NCBI GenBank assembly: GCA_051362555.1
Contig: CM120643.1
Span: 9,548,001-9,612,000, forward strand
Length of the DNA: 64,000 nt
Reading direction: 5' to 3'
Origin: Lingula anatina
Taxonomy: Eukaryota > Animalia > Brachiopoda
Translations under genes and position numbers: made by a program
Shown here: one piece after another, positions 22,633 through 36,411 of the stretch
How positions within the stretch are numbered: the stretch's first letter is position 1
How the letters are laid out: the number at the start of each line of letters is the position of its first letter
Notes under the pieces: model-generated
What the model was told of the DNA's origin: nothing
The model's database searches: none
Seen by the model: the letters and a program-made list of their open reading frames with translations, nothing else

Positions 22633-25600
22633 AAGAGTGTGACTACCATGAATTATTTAATGTAAGCAAGCACTCCTGCATAATTATAAACAGAGAGCAT
22701 GTCATCTGGTATTCTCAGGTAAATCAAAAGAGCAAGTGACACAATTTTAATAACTGCTAACTGTAGCATACCTGTGGTATATGCTTCTATTTTCCAGTCA
22801 AAATATTGATACTAATATCTTTGGGTAGGTGATAAGAAAAGAGAAGCAAACCCGACCAAGTATCGTGACCCTGCCACATATAGCAACTTGTTCAAGTCTG
22901 TGTCAGTGCCAGTACCTGACGGAACGAATTTGTTTGAAGTTATTCTGTCCAAGTCTATACAAACTTATGTCAAGGTATGGAGACTAGTAGTCGTATCATC
23001 TTTGCCTGTGAACTAGTCATCGTGCAGTTGATGTCCATTTGTAGTATTTAACAAAATTGTCTTATCAACAGACATTTTTTTTTTTTCAATATTTTGGAAT
23101 TTTCCAAATGGCTAAAGAGATTATGGTTGATAATTAAGTAAGTGGAAAATTGCTGAAGACCAATTTGAGGAGTAGTTTTCTGTCTTTAAGTCCAAAAAGC
23201 TTTCTTTTTTTCAATGTGTCAAAAAGTAAAGGCCTTTTAAAAATCTTGGACTATTCAGTTAATTTGCCAACAAGTTAATGTGCAGAGTACTCATCATCTA
23301 GCCCTGCTGTATTTTTTAAAAGCTTTTTTTTTCACCTTTTTTTATTTTCAGTTTTCAGCCTACTGCTTATTCTGTCCTTTGTTTCTATTCAGCTCAAGGA
23401 TAACAGTAACCAGGTGTGCTGGCTAATGCACAAGATGCATTCAAACACGGCAGCTGCCTTTGGGCACAAAACATTCCAAGACTTCCTGGACAATCAGCAG
23501 TACTCTAGAAATGGGATCCTGCGCTACGAGATGATCTTTGGCCGCCATTTTGTCAGCACAGGAGGACTAGAGACCACGGAGGTACGTATGTTGTTTGTAT
23601 TCTGCCCATTTTCAGGAATTTTTTTTACAATTATTGCTCCAGTCAAAATGTTTTAACAAAAGTACTACATTTTTTTTAACCTAGGCTCATGTCTGTTAAA
23701 TGTTTTTAGGAGTTTGTCACCATGTCAGATTAAAAGCTAAATTCATTAGATTTGTGGCCATTTTTAGGAGTTTGTAAAGATGCTGGATCTGAAGCCTGGG
23801 CAGCGTGTACTAGATGTTGGAGCAGGAATTGGAGGCAGTGCCTTCCACATGGCAGAGGTAAAAACTTAGTTTGTTTAGAAGTTAAGTTTATTCTGTAAAC
23901 AAGTGTGGTAACCATTAGTCGTTATAGAAATTCTGATGTAAAAGTTGAGATTATTTTCAGTTTTATTTATTTATTTATTTACTTGGTCTTCAGCACCTGC
24001 TGCAGACTTTTAGTTTCACTTGTGCATAACTTTAAAGAATCTGATGTATTTTTCTCTTTCTGCCAAAAAAAAAAAATGAAAAAAAAAATTCATTGGACTG
24101 TCTGATTTTCAGAAATATGGAGCACATGTTCTTGCTGTGGACTTGTCAGAAAATATGATTGGAATAGGTCTGGAGAGAGCTAATGAAATCAGAGACAAAA
24201 GGGTAATTATATCACTAAAAGGTTGTAACATTGAAATAAAGCTGTCAGTATTTATTTGTTTCAATTGATATTGTATATTTATTATACTATATATGGTTAA
24301 ATTTAATCTCATTTTAAATTCACTTTACAAAACTTCATTATTTGTTTCTTGCTACAACTCTTTTGCTATAATGAGAGAGCTATGCAGTTGCATGAAGAAA
24401 TAATAGTAGACTACATTAGTTTTAGCCCTATTACAACATGCCCTATCAATAAACATTATTGAACATGAGCAGGGGCCCAATATACCATGTACACACTCTG
24501 GCTCAATGAATTGAGACTGTGTGGGCGGGATTTCCTAAAAATGGTTCGATTTTCTTCAAATATACATTATTAAAAAAAAGAGGCTTAATTTCTAAATTGA
24601 ATTTCACTGTAGAATGAAGGTTTTTCAACCTGGATGGCTAAATATGCTCTCAAAGATGTCATTTCTTATGTATATTCTGTAGTTTTCATCTTACAGGTAC
24701 AGTTTGAGGTAGCAGATGCCACAAAGAGGGAATACCCGCCTGAGTCTTTTGATATAGTCTACAGCAGGGACACCATCCTGCACATAGCTGACAAGGAAAC
24801 TCTGTTCAGGAGATTACTGGTGAGCATGCATCTAAGGGCCCATTCCCAATGAAATTATCATTTTGTGTAGATCAATCCAACTCCGAGGGAACTATTGCTG
24901 AATGCAATCAGATTAACAAACGAGAGCGCAGACCTCTGCCAAGGCAGCAATTTTTTATTATTATTGATTATTGATTGATTATTGATCCGGATCACCACCA
25001 AAAGCTAATCATCTCTTCCTTGGCCCACTTCTGACAGTTCCTGAAAATTTTATCAAAATCGGTCCATAATTTTTTGAGTTATGTTGATAACAGACAGACA
25101 GGGGTGAAAACATAACCTCCTTGGCGGAGGTAATAAACACCACTCCTCTTGGGTCCATCATACTCATATAATCACCAGCTCTTCCATATTCTACTCTACT
25201 TAATCTATTCCACTTATTGCACTCAGCAAGAGTCCCCGTGGAGTTGGATCAGTCTGTGTAGTGATACTATTAGAGATGTATTTTTTACCACTTTTGTATT
25301 TTTTAAAGCAATCGGTCACCTTTAGCAAGAATTAGTAGATGGATAAGAGGGGATATCTAGGTAACAAGGAATCAATCCCATTAACTGTGTCTCTGTGTGT
25401 CTATGAGTAACAGCTTGATAGAAGATTATTTTAAGAATAATGAGATGAAATTTTTTGATAAATTCTAGTCCTTCCTGAAGCCTGGTGGCAAGTTGCTGAT
25501 CTCAGACTACTGCTGCAGTGACGGAGACCATTCTGAAAACTTTCAGAAATATGTAGCACAGCGTGGATACCATCTCCTCACTCCCACAGAGTATGGCAAG

Positions 25601-26361
25601 GTAAAACCAGTGTACATGAATGTAAAGAAAAGAAAATGTGTCCTAACTTTAAAAGTATCATCTGACTACTGCTCAATATTTAAAGATACTGTTTGTGTTT
25701 ATGTGTAAAGTAAAAATAAATAAATATATATATATATATATGGAGAATATAATCATGATATTGACTAGGTGGGCTTTCAGTTCCTTTCCATTTTAAAGAG
25801 TCATAGTGTTAAATTAAAAAAATTTCATTACAAACAGCTGTTCCTCCATAAATCAACTTCATGATTTTAAAGAAGATCAGAGACTTATATTTAATTCATT
25901 ACAGTTGCTAGAGAAGGTGGGTTTTGTAAATGTCCGAGCAGAGGACCGCACTGACCACTTCATAGATGTACTTCAGAGAGAGCTGAAACGCACAGAGAGT
26001 ATAAAAGACGACTTTATTAAGGTAAGGTTGCCATGTTTCTTTAAATATTTATGTTTACTTTTTTGTAATTTTAAAATTATAGATTGTTATTTCAGTAAAT
26101 TAAGTTTAGAAAGGGGTGCCATTTTAGTGACTGAAGAATGCTTTTTTTGCTAATTTTTTGCAAAGGGATAGGCTCCTTTTTATATTTATTTATTTATTTT
26201 TTACAAGATTGCCTTACTATGTAAACTGATCTTCATTTGTACAGAAATTCTCAGAGGAGGACTATAACTACATAGTGGAAGGGTGGAAAGTGAAGATTGC
26301 TCGCTGTTCAGGAACCGGAGAGCAGCGCTGGGGATTGTTTTATGCAGAGAAACCCCAGTGA
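19781..26361 (+). CDS. PMT: Phosphoethanolamine N-methyltransferase, two tandem SAM-MTase domains (plant PEAMT-like)
   Basis: Twelve exons: 19781-19793, 20553-20727, 21621-21776, 22201-22337, 22829-22974, 23393-23581, 23768-23857, 24113-24202, 24697-24819, 25469-25600, 25905-26021, 26245-26361. Motifs [107 protein letters not shown]. Confidence 0.96.
20196..20300. repeat. (GT)n microsatellite; other CA/GT tracts at ~10036, 22573 and 51623
   Basis: Directly visible. Confidence 0.95.
20741..20836. repeat. (AAT)n(TAT)n self-complementary microsatellite
   Basis: Directly visible in PMT intron 2. Confidence 0.95.
20962..21187 (+). mobile_element. MITE family A copy (PMT intron 2)
   Basis: gggtgctttcccagagatttagatcg...atggggtg flanked by TTA/TTA. 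Confidence 0.9.
24918..25134 (-). mobile_element. Helentron-like element copy in PMT intron 9
   Basis: Reverse-complement match to 34636-35066 (gagagcgcagacctctgccaagg ... aacctccttggcggaggtaat). Confidence 0.8.
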
Positions 26362-28691
26362 TTGTGTTCATCTCACCTAACGCACTTATAGGGCAGATGA
26401 ATCAGTGGACTTGTTGGAACTGGGTAATTATTAAGAAAGTTTTATCGTGATCATATCATGATGTAACAGAAGATAAAACATGTAGGGTGGGGGGTTACTT
26501 CAAAGGAAATTGGTATTTATGAGTAATGTGGATGATTTTTGATGGAAATTTTGTCGACTTTATTTTATTATTTGCCCCTGAAATTTCAAGTGGACAGGGG
26601 GAGGGAAGGAATTCCTCATTTAAGAGAGATAATAACCAATGGGCAGGAAATGGATAAAATGAAAGCTAATTTTTTATATGCAGCAATAAGTGGAAGCAAA
26701 AAAAAGTAAGATGGGGCTTGTATATTAATGCTTGCGCCAGTAGGAAAAAAGGTTTGATTGCAAGGACTTTATACTGTACAAATCAGACCAAAGGTGTATC
26801 CACTTGAAGTGGTATACTTAAAGCATTTGCATCATGTTAAAATTATTTTGAATATATTTGTATGACTTAAATGTTTGACTTAAAGGTAGAGGGCGTGCAA
26901 TGTTCTTGCTGTTGTTGATGTTGTTGTTGTTTGCCTTTTACTTTTTGATTTTGATTATTTCTTTATTGTCTCACACCAAAGAAGTTTTAAAATGTGTATG
27001 TTTGAAATCCTAGAAAGATTACCAGTGTGGCATTTACCACAATTATTTATGTCCAAAGGTGTCATTTACCTCAAAAATATTTATTTAACTATGTTCCCAT
27101 TTGAAATATTTTTGTTTCAAAAACATTTTTAAATATTTAGCATAATTAAAAGGCCCAGTACATCAAGTAGTAAGAGATTTTACATAATTGCTTTAATTTA
27201 TTTACATAAGCATGCTAATGTCCCAGTGCTGTGGTCTAATTGGCAGTTTTTCTCCTGTTATATATTGATTTTCAATGTTGTACTCTCCGCAGCTAGTTGC
27301 TTACTCTAATTAAAATAACTTCGAATATATTATAACATTGAGAGAAAAATACTTAATTCTTTACTAAAGCACCAAATGAGTAACAGCGTAATGTGTTAAT
27401 GTTTAATTGACTCAACTTACAATTTTAATTGCAATATCTGGAAATAAAAATAGTTATTCATACCACTTGTCGGTTTTAGTGTTATAGTAATTCAAAGGAA
27501 CCCTGTTACTGGAAAGAAGTGGATTGGAAATGAAAAGGATGTACATGTACGTAAGTTCTGTGCCAAAATAAAATGAATTTCTGTGAGACGAAAAATGTAA
27601 TAGGCCTATAAATACATTCTAAAAGTTCTTACAGATCGATCTTTTAAAATGATTATAAAATTTATAATTGTTTACACTTAATGCGATGTATGTGGGACCA
27701 TGAAATTCAGAGTGAATTTTGTCGACCTAGGTAATGCGCTCTTACTCAGCGGACTCTCGCAGAATGCAATCAGATTAACAGACTAGCACACCTTTTTGTT
27801 TCCAACTTTTTGGTATTATCACCAGCTTTTATATATTCTACTCAACATCAGGAGGCATGTTGGTCTATTTTAATAAATATTTTAACAAATTAATTAAATA
27901 AAGAATTAAAATGTGAATGCATTAAGATAGCGTCCCCCTTAGATTAGTGCGCATCAGCTATTGCAACAAAATTCACCTGTCGTTAAAATCGAAATATCCG
28001 TTGGTAGTAAGAATCAGAAGTCTTTTTCGATATATAAAGATGTATCGAATATTTCCAAACCCTCCTTTATTTCAACCTTACAACCTTATCTACACGTAAT
28101 CTAGCTGTTAGTGCATTATAAGTGATACCAAATATATAATAATAATCAAATATATAAAATAATTTTGTGCAGGACACAACGTCATAATATTCCGACAAAG
28201 CGTGGACGGTCGGAAGAGTAAGTAGAATCCCTAAAATAATTTCATTCTGAGATGCATCCTACTTTCATAAATATGATATTGATTATAAACGATATCGATG
28301 ATGTATGATTACCCTGTACTAGGACCACGGACCAATTTTCGGGTGCATGACGTAGTCCGAAGATTCATTGGTCCGAAGTACGAAGGTTCATTGTTTCTAA
28401 GGTTTTTAAGTCCGAAAGTATGAATATTATAAAGATGCTTAGTTAAGTTGGCTCTAAAGCGTGCATCTATCCATACTAGACTACATAAAAACTGGCAAGC
28501 GTGTTCAATAAACTTATGTCTGAGTATTCTCAGAATTATGCAAAATTGCATGGGTATCATGTACATGCAGCTAAGCTTGATTTTATTAAGGTTTAATGCT
28601 TGACACTCAGTTGATTTCTGACCAGTGTTTTATGTTATAAAAAGACGATAAAAGTTATCCTTTCCCCAAGGGTGCACAGACACAACTGCTA

Positions 28692-28905
28692 GACCCCATT
28701 CCCAGAGATTAGATCGATCCCACTAGATCGACCTAACTTCCTGGGGGTTCACGCTAAATAGCTGTCAGCCGAGCGGGCACGAAAGTTAATTACCCCCTTA
28801 CAGCTTGTAGTAGGCGAGACGGACATTTAAGCCGGATTATCTGACAGTAATCTAGTGAGACTCCCCACGGGGATAGATCGATCTAAAATCTGTGGGAATG
28901 CGCCC
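28692..28905 (+). mobile_element. MITE family A-related subfamily copy
   Basis: Same internal core (gggggttcacgctaaa..gtgagactccccac) with variant termini; CTA/TTA flanks. Confidence 0.8.
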
Positions 28906-29007
28906 TTAGGATCTCATTAGTGGAAAAATCACTAGTGGAAAATGTGAGCTTGAAACAGTGTGCACGGTGGGAGCGTTTATCGTCAATGTAACATACGTGT
29001 ATTTTTC

Positions 29008-29042
<35 letters not shown>

Positions 29043-30361
29043 GTTATTATAAAAATACATTAAATATGAAAAACTCTAAAAAATATTCCACCAACTTCAG
29101 TTAGAAGATAAACCATGTTTAGCTAGAGACATTATCTGTGAATATCTAGTGAAAAATCAACCTGTGGCCCTGGTGGAGTGTAATTTAGAGGTGAGATAGG
29201 GCCTGTTCAGAACCAGTTGACCCACATGAAAGCATGTCGAGATTTAACTGCTCCGCAGATACAGCGCACGTGGGAGGAGGCGATCAAGTTAGTCCGCGGA
29301 TCAACTAATTCTGAACATGCCCATAGCAATCGGTATCGGAAGTGACCTCTCATTTGAACGTGATTTTATCACGAAACTTGACGTGGGTGTCAGCAATCCT
29401 ATGTCATCACAATGTGGTTTAAATGTTTTGTAATGGGACTTGCAGGCGTCTTAGAACGTGTTTTTTATCCAACCGTGGCAAGATATTGCCTTATTATACA
29501 ACATTGTCCCAAACCCAGTTTCACGTGCTTTTATTTATAAATGATCACATCACAGAGTTAATTGCTATGAATGGTGATTTTCATTCCAGGTACAATAACT
29601 AACATGATGAGTGGTACAGAAAGTACAAACTAGCGGTGAATATATCCATATTTAATACCATTTATTCACATTTATTACGTCACTGTCATTTCCACAGAGG
29701 TAAAAAAATGCCCTTTAAATTGAAAAGATACCACCAAATGTCACCAAATTTACACACGTTTAGCATTAGGGTGTGCTCGTTAAAGGTCACGAGTCACTAA
29801 TCATGTTAGTTATGGTTTCTGGAATGAAATCGCTATTTATAACATCTTTCACCTGTGACGTAACAATTTATAAATAAAATCACATTGACACTGGAGGTGG
29901 GACAACCTTTTTGACCAATGTTGTATAAAATCTTAACTTCGCTGGCATAGTTGAAATACTCATTATGATATGATTAAATTATGTTTAGACAGTATTTGTT
30001 GGTGCTGAGCTAAAGTAAATTTATCTTTATGATCCCTTTATTCATGTTAATAAAACCCTCAGATAAATGAACATGTTAAAAAGTTAAATTTCCGTCTATA
30101 GAACTTTAATTTGCTACTAATGGACCTTCGGACCAGGTAGGCCTACACTTCCAATTTTCGGACTATCGAATCTAGGAATAACAAAGCCTTTATACTAATT
30201 CTGATAAAATTTTTTAAAAATTCGGACCAGTGAACCTTCAACATCGAGAAGCGTACAATTTTTCACTGGATATTCAATGTTATGTCGATATGTGACTCGG
30301 ATGTGTTCGGTTCATTATACAATCAAGGTGACAGCCGGGGCTCCTAACCACGTGACTCATT

Positions 30362-30364
<3 letters not shown>

Positions 30365-30431
<67 letters not shown>
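30365..30431. repeat. (AT)n microsatellite
   Basis: Directly visible. Confidence 0.95.
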
Positions 30432-30434
<3 letters not shown>

Positions 30435-31226
30435 CCAGTGATAAGCTAAGACAGATTACGTAACGAGCGTTTAGTATCAAGGCACTACGCGATGTTGTTG
30501 GCTGCACGAGGCAAAAGCGTTTGCTTGTGGACAAATCATCTGGCTAGAAGCCATAGATATGATAGAGGCCCAGCGAGAATTTTTACATAGAATTTTTGCC
30601 ATTACTCAGCTGGTCTCTAGTATAGAGTAAAATTGCTCTGTGGTAACAATATTGCATCTTTAAGTTACACTGTATAGAAATAATATGTAAAAATATGTAT
30701 GTCTTTGTTACTATAGTGCAAAGATGCTCTAGGTAAATTTGAAAGTTTCGCCTCAGATGGTAATGATATGAACTGCGCAGCAAATAAAAAAAAATAAGAT
30801 TCAAAGCCTGGTCCCTCTGAGTTTCCTGAGAACACATTCACTGGAAACTTACCTCTTTACTATCCGCATGAAGCTTCCAGTATACGCAAGTATGAGTTTC
30901 CAATGCCCATCGGCGCACTGATGCGTAAATACCTTTTACTTTGATATTAATGGTAACGTTTTTTATAAATTTAATGAATTTATGGGCCAGGAATCTGTTA
31001 GGCTTTCAGAAAGAGAAAGAAAAGAGAATAAATAATGTTGTGCCCTTGGAGAAATTCGCCCCTATACGTTAAATGACTGTTAAATAAAAAATTGTAGTAC
31101 CAACGTTCTATTCAGTGGTATGATTTTAAGCAAAAGTTAATATCCCTTGTATTCACCCAATAAACTGTTTAAACAACAACCCTAACACTGGCATGTTGCC
31201 CCATTCCATCCTATCATTTCTTCACC

Positions 31227-33574
31227 TCAGAGATCCGTGCTTTCATCTACAGCACCGCTCTTCGAGTTACCGTCGCCTAACTCGGCCTCTTTTGTAGTAC
31301 TTCCGAAATCGACGTCCTTGCGTTCCTGCTCTTTAACAACTTCTTCTCTCTTAACGCTATCTTCGCCTGACTTGATCACCTCGGCTTCTCTTGCCTTTTC
31401 GTCAGTAAGACTACTCACTGTGTTTTCCTCCCCCAGATCTGTCTCCTGGAGTGCTTTACTCTCCGTCGTTTCAACGCCCTGAAGCAGCAGCGCGCCAGCT
31501 TTCGTAACCAAGAAAAAGAAGACGGCACCAAATATGATGATTCCAACAGCTATGAGGATAAGTTCCAGAGTGAGAGGACGCACGATGGCGAAGGCGGCCA
31601 CCAAGGCCACCGTGTCAAGGACGTAGATGAGCGCCGCGAGGACCAAGCGGTGGAAATGGCTGCCTATCACGGAGCCCAGGGGAGCACCGAAGATGACCAC
31701 GGGGACGCAGACGGCAACGTACTGCCAGCAGTCAATGGCAACACCGCGTATGATGACGCTCCTCCAAAACAGGCCCGCCACTGTATTTCCCGCCATCAGC
31801 ACGATGGAAGTGGGCGTGGCAGTCTTCTCGCTAACGCGGAACAGGAGGGTGAGGATACTGAAGCTGCAGATATCCAGCCCGCTTCCTGCAAAGGATGTGA
31901 AAATGCCGCCCGCGAAGCCAGTGAGAACCAATACCAATGCTTTCCACAAGTTGAATATCGGGATTTTAGGAAAGGTGCGTCGTTTGTGGTTGATGTTCAG
32001 TGAAAAAAGAGCGAAGGCAAACGTGAACCAGATGCAAACGAAACTGATTTTCTTCTGGGCCGGCGTCAAATACGGATCGACGAACTCCAGCCCGATGATA
32101 ATGCCCGCAACACCGCCGACAGAGGAGAGAAGTATGGCGTGCCATTCCAGGTGAATCTTCATGTAGATGATGGTGAAGGCGGCCGCCGTCATCCCGACGG
32201 ACTGGATGGCCAATGAGAAGTCCCTGGCAACGGCTGGGGAGATACTGAACGCAAGAGTCATTACGGGAAACGCAACCGCGCCGCCACCTTCGCTTGTCAT
32301 TCCTGGAGATATAATAGAACATTTGGTTTTTTTGTAATAATTTTTTATTAGATTATAACGGAGGTATAACCATATATGAAGGTCCACGTGGTCTGATGGC
32401 AAGCACAGGTTCCAGAATAATTGCGATAACTGCTGTTTTGGTGGTAAAATGGGGTCAATTGTCTTTTTATAAGTTACATGTATTTACAGTTTTTATTGTG
32501 AAATATGAATCCCATACGAACAGTTATTATCCCTTTAAGCTAATAAAATCCAATCAGGGCATCAAAGTAAGAACACAAATCTTACCTGCAACCAGCGACC
32601 CAAACACCATAGTTATGGACATGAAATATTTCTCCGGAAACAGGTTCCAGTAGTCATATCGGATCATAATAGAAAGCCAGGCAAAGATGATGACTGTGGC
32701 CGGAATGGCCACCCCGACGACGCGTCTGTGCCGGACAAACATCTTCTTGTACCACTTGGCATCGTGTGGGAGAGACCTCAGAGCTTCTTCCTGGGCTGGT
32801 AGGAGATGCTGCCCTGAAAGACATATCAAGGAAATTGATTGGTTTTTAAAACTTACATTCATTGCTATATGAGTTGGGATATTGAAATGTGACGGTCTGC
32901 AAATTCTAAAACATTGTTGGCTAAGTTGCTAAGTTTAAGAAAAGAGGACGTATTTTGCATCAAAATGCCATATGCTGCCTCTCACATTTTAAAGCATATT
33001 TAGATGGGCATTTCGAAAACTCTGCGTTCCGTATTTGTTACTGATTAACTACATCTCCTTAATCGCATAAAGCAGTGTGGCCACAAGGGTATTTGAAAAA
33101 AAAAAAGGTTATCAAATACGCATTCTTCGTGAAAAAGACTATATACCTTCTAGAAAATATTTTTTAACGAAAACTTTGAGATTGAATGGTCTTTTCCGGA
33201 CGCAGCAACCACAAGATGGCGACGCCGCTCCGCTGTCTGCGGCAGGTACCGGAGGTGCGCCCTAAAGAAAAAATGTTAAAGACGACATTATTTCACTTAT
33301 AAAATTCGTAAAAGCATGGAGTTGAATATTAAGCGGACGTTAACTTGCGCGGCGTCGGTATTGACGTTGGCATGATTTTAGCCATAGGAGATATACAATT
33401 TATGTTTTATTTATTTATTGTATGCTCATGTTTCAGGATACTTATTCCTGAATTAATATAAGATAAAGGTTTAATCATTCATCATCTCTGGACATTTTCT
33501 ATGACATGACGGCGTACATTTTCAATGTCCTTGACAGCTGTGGCGTGCCCGTTGATTTGTTCACCCAGTCCCAT
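31227..33574 (-). CDS. TauE/SafE (TSUP) family multi-pass membrane transporter (~491 aa) with acidic C-terminal tail
   Basis: Exons 33518-33574, 33147-33261 (..FVKKYFLE), 32586-32813 and 31227-32302. Motifs MSITMVFGSLVAGMTSEGGGAVAFPVMTL, ARDFSLAIQSVGM, GGIFTSFAGSGLDI, SEKTATPTSIVLMA, VPVVIFGAPLGS; many TM helices. Confidence 0.88.
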
Positions 33575-34635
33575 GCTGGTCTCAGGAGTCGATACTTTCA
33601 GGTTTAGAGGACTCCCACGGCACCGTTTTCAATACGTCAGTCGATGTAACGACACAATTTTCTCAGTAAAGCTGTATCTGATGTCACATAGTGCTAAGCG
33701 CAACTGTCTTTGGCGTCTCCCAATTGCGACACTGTCAGCATCAGATTTTTATCAATTTCAGTTGCTCTAGGCTTTAATTACTGGTGTCTCAAAACTTAAC
33801 GCAAAAGCATATCTGGTCTTATTGTGCTATCGTCACCACTGGGATCACAGAGTCGTGTATCAGGAAAGTCTGAAAAAGAGAACGTTATTCAAACGTTATT
33901 TTGTTGATATCTTTGTTGAGCCACATGAGAATATAAACACAGTGTGAAAATCAGGTTTAATAATTTTTCATATACGTGGCATTAGATATTAAACAATAAA
34001 TGATAAAAAAAACAGAAAATCTATAGACAGGAGGACGGACCATACCCGACTCTGGCGAGGTAAACACCTCGCCATAGCGTCATTAACGTAACACATTTTG
34101 TCTTTAATTGTGCAGAAAAATCTGACCGATTTCACCCCCATAAAATGCTATACCAGTTTTATGACTTTAGTCAGTGATAAGGGAATAATATAGTTAAATA
34201 ATGTCGTTTTTGGGGAAATTCAGATACTTTTTAACGGTCATAATGTATTCTATTTCGAACGGAATCTTTTTAACGGTCATAATGTATTCTATTTCGAACG
34301 GAATCTTAGACTGGTATCGATGAGATGTTAGATAGGAGGCAATAGTCGGTTACAGCACGTTAATACCCCACTATTAGAGACACATCAATTGAATAATACT
34401 TCAGAAACACACCGTAAGTCTATCGCAAACTTTTGTGTCACAGAAGTGCGCGCGTGGCGATGAATAACAAATAGGCCTACTGTTTTTGTATATGTGTAGG
34501 ATAAAAAAAGAAGGAAAAAACGTTGGACGTTGAATATTTTTGTCTTTTTAAAGGACGAACGTACGACTGAAGAACTCCCAGATCACACAAGTGTCGATTG
34601 CAGTAGCGGGCGATTTCATTGGTGATTTGTTCATG

Positions 34636-35066
34636 ATTACCTCCGCCAAGGAGGTTGTTTTCACCCCTGTTTGTTTGTTTGTTTGTTTGTTTGTCATCAA
34701 CATAACTCAAAAAGTTATGGATGAATTTCGATGGAATTTTCAGGGTAGGTCAGAAATGGGTAAACTTAGAAGTGATTAGTTTTTGGTGGTGATCGGGATC
34801 AATAATCAATCAATCAATAATCAATAATCAAAAATAAAAAACTAAGTTATGGACCGATTTTGATGAAATTTTCAGGAACTGTCAGAAGTTGGCCAAGGAA
34901 CAGATGATTAGTTTTTGGTGGTGATCCGGATCAATAATCAATCAATAATCAATAATAAAAAAAAAACTAAATCATTATAGGGGTGAATAATATAGGGGTA
35001 AAACGACACTGGGTGGAGACTTTGCTGCCTTGGCGGAGGTCTGCGCTCTCGGAGTGCTTTTCTAGT
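34636..35066 (+). mobile_element. Non-autonomous Helentron/Helitron-like element (HINE/DINE-1 architecture)
   Basis: Subterminal IR acctccgccaagg / ccttggcggaggt, (gttt)n microsatellite, internal tandem duplication, 3' short hairpin and ctagt end in a T-rich site. Confidence 0.8.
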
Positions 35067-36023
35067 TTAGAGATATATCAGCTATATCATATGTTACTAT
35101 CTCCAAATCATGAACAAAGCACCAATGTATGTGTGTGTGTGTGTGCGTGTGTGCCTGATCTCTGATTATGTGAATTCCATATTAGTCTTTGCGGCATGCC
35201 CTGCATTAGTAATGATGGCGGATTTAAACACCATAGGCCTAAGGGAACTGGCTGAAATACTGAATTTTATAAAAGATGCTGAAAAAAAGTGGAGATGCAC
35301 CTGTGATTATCTTAAATAACATGCCCATTGCATCCTTGCTACCCCACTTTCTGTGGTTGCAAAACATTTTAAATTTAACAGGTTTAACAACAGGAAGTAT
35401 AGGGGTGCCTCAGCAGAAAACTTCGAAACAAAACAGTAAAAAGTATGTCTTAAAGTCGATTTCATTGAAATGAATTCGAACGCTACGGACATTATATTTT
35501 TCCGCGTTAATTTTCTGTTTTTCCCTTTCGTTTGTCATATTTTTCGACAAAAAAAGTGCATGCAAATTTCATTCTAACAATCGTTCTCCTTTTTTCGCTC
35601 ATTAAATTCCGTTCCCTTCCTTCTCTCCCTCCATTCTTTTATCCAATCATTTCATTTAACACACTTTCTTTTTGGGATTGGCGCTGAGTAATATTTTCTT
35701 ATTTTTAGTATTATGTTTAGTATACTCGGTCACCATTTTGTTATTATTTACATCCCCCTGTAAACACATTCCGGGATGGTTACACATGCAGGTGCTCTAC
35801 AGCCTCTAGACACTTATCGTCCAGTTTGCAGATAATTTACAGTAAGATCCCAACTTTCGCCAAAAGGCAACCAATAAAGATGAAAAATGTGCACCTAATC
35901 AAACGGTACAGAAAAAAATACTTTTCGGTCTATCGCATTTGTCCATTTATCTGTATAAATAGATATGGTTAGAGAGAGCGTGGGTCAATTTTCCATAGTA
36001 CCGCCTGTCTCGCTGAACACTCA

Positions 36024-36263
36024 GAGCGCATTCAGAAAAGCCGACTAACAGATCCGCGGATCAAATATGGCCGACCCACTTGAATGCTTTTTGCCTAATC
36101 CCTGCAGGGAATCTATTCAGTGTCTACTCGGGAATTAACCGACAAGCTTTTTATCCCTGCTGGGAATCTATTCAGTGTCTACTCGGGAATTAACCGACAA
36201 GCTTTTTAGTGGGTCGCCATATTTGATCCGCGGATCTGTTAGTCGGCTGTTCTGAATGCTCTC
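36024..36263. mobile_element. Foldback MITE family B (TCA TSD); related copy at ~12083-12256
   Basis: Long TIR gagcgcattcagaa..ccgactaacagatccgcggatcaaatatgg; internal tandem duplication of about 55 bp. Confidence 0.82.
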
Positions 36264-36411
36264 TCAGTTCATAAATAGTAAAACCGGGGGTACATACCCT
36301 CTGATATCAGGGTGCTTCTAAAATAATATACAAAATTGAAATGTGACCTCCTGTGGGAAAACATCCAGTTTGACTGGTGTTATGTAACTACCCACTCCTA
36401 CCAGCCCCTTA

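Noticed and set aside
28320-30255. Possible 1.9-kb element bounded by ggtccgaa/ttcggacc motifs, related to the 46515 MITE
   Set aside because: Termini and TSD are too decayed to define.
31237-32322. ORFs overlapping the TauE-like exon
   Set aside because: Antisense or alternate-frame shadows of the real CDS.
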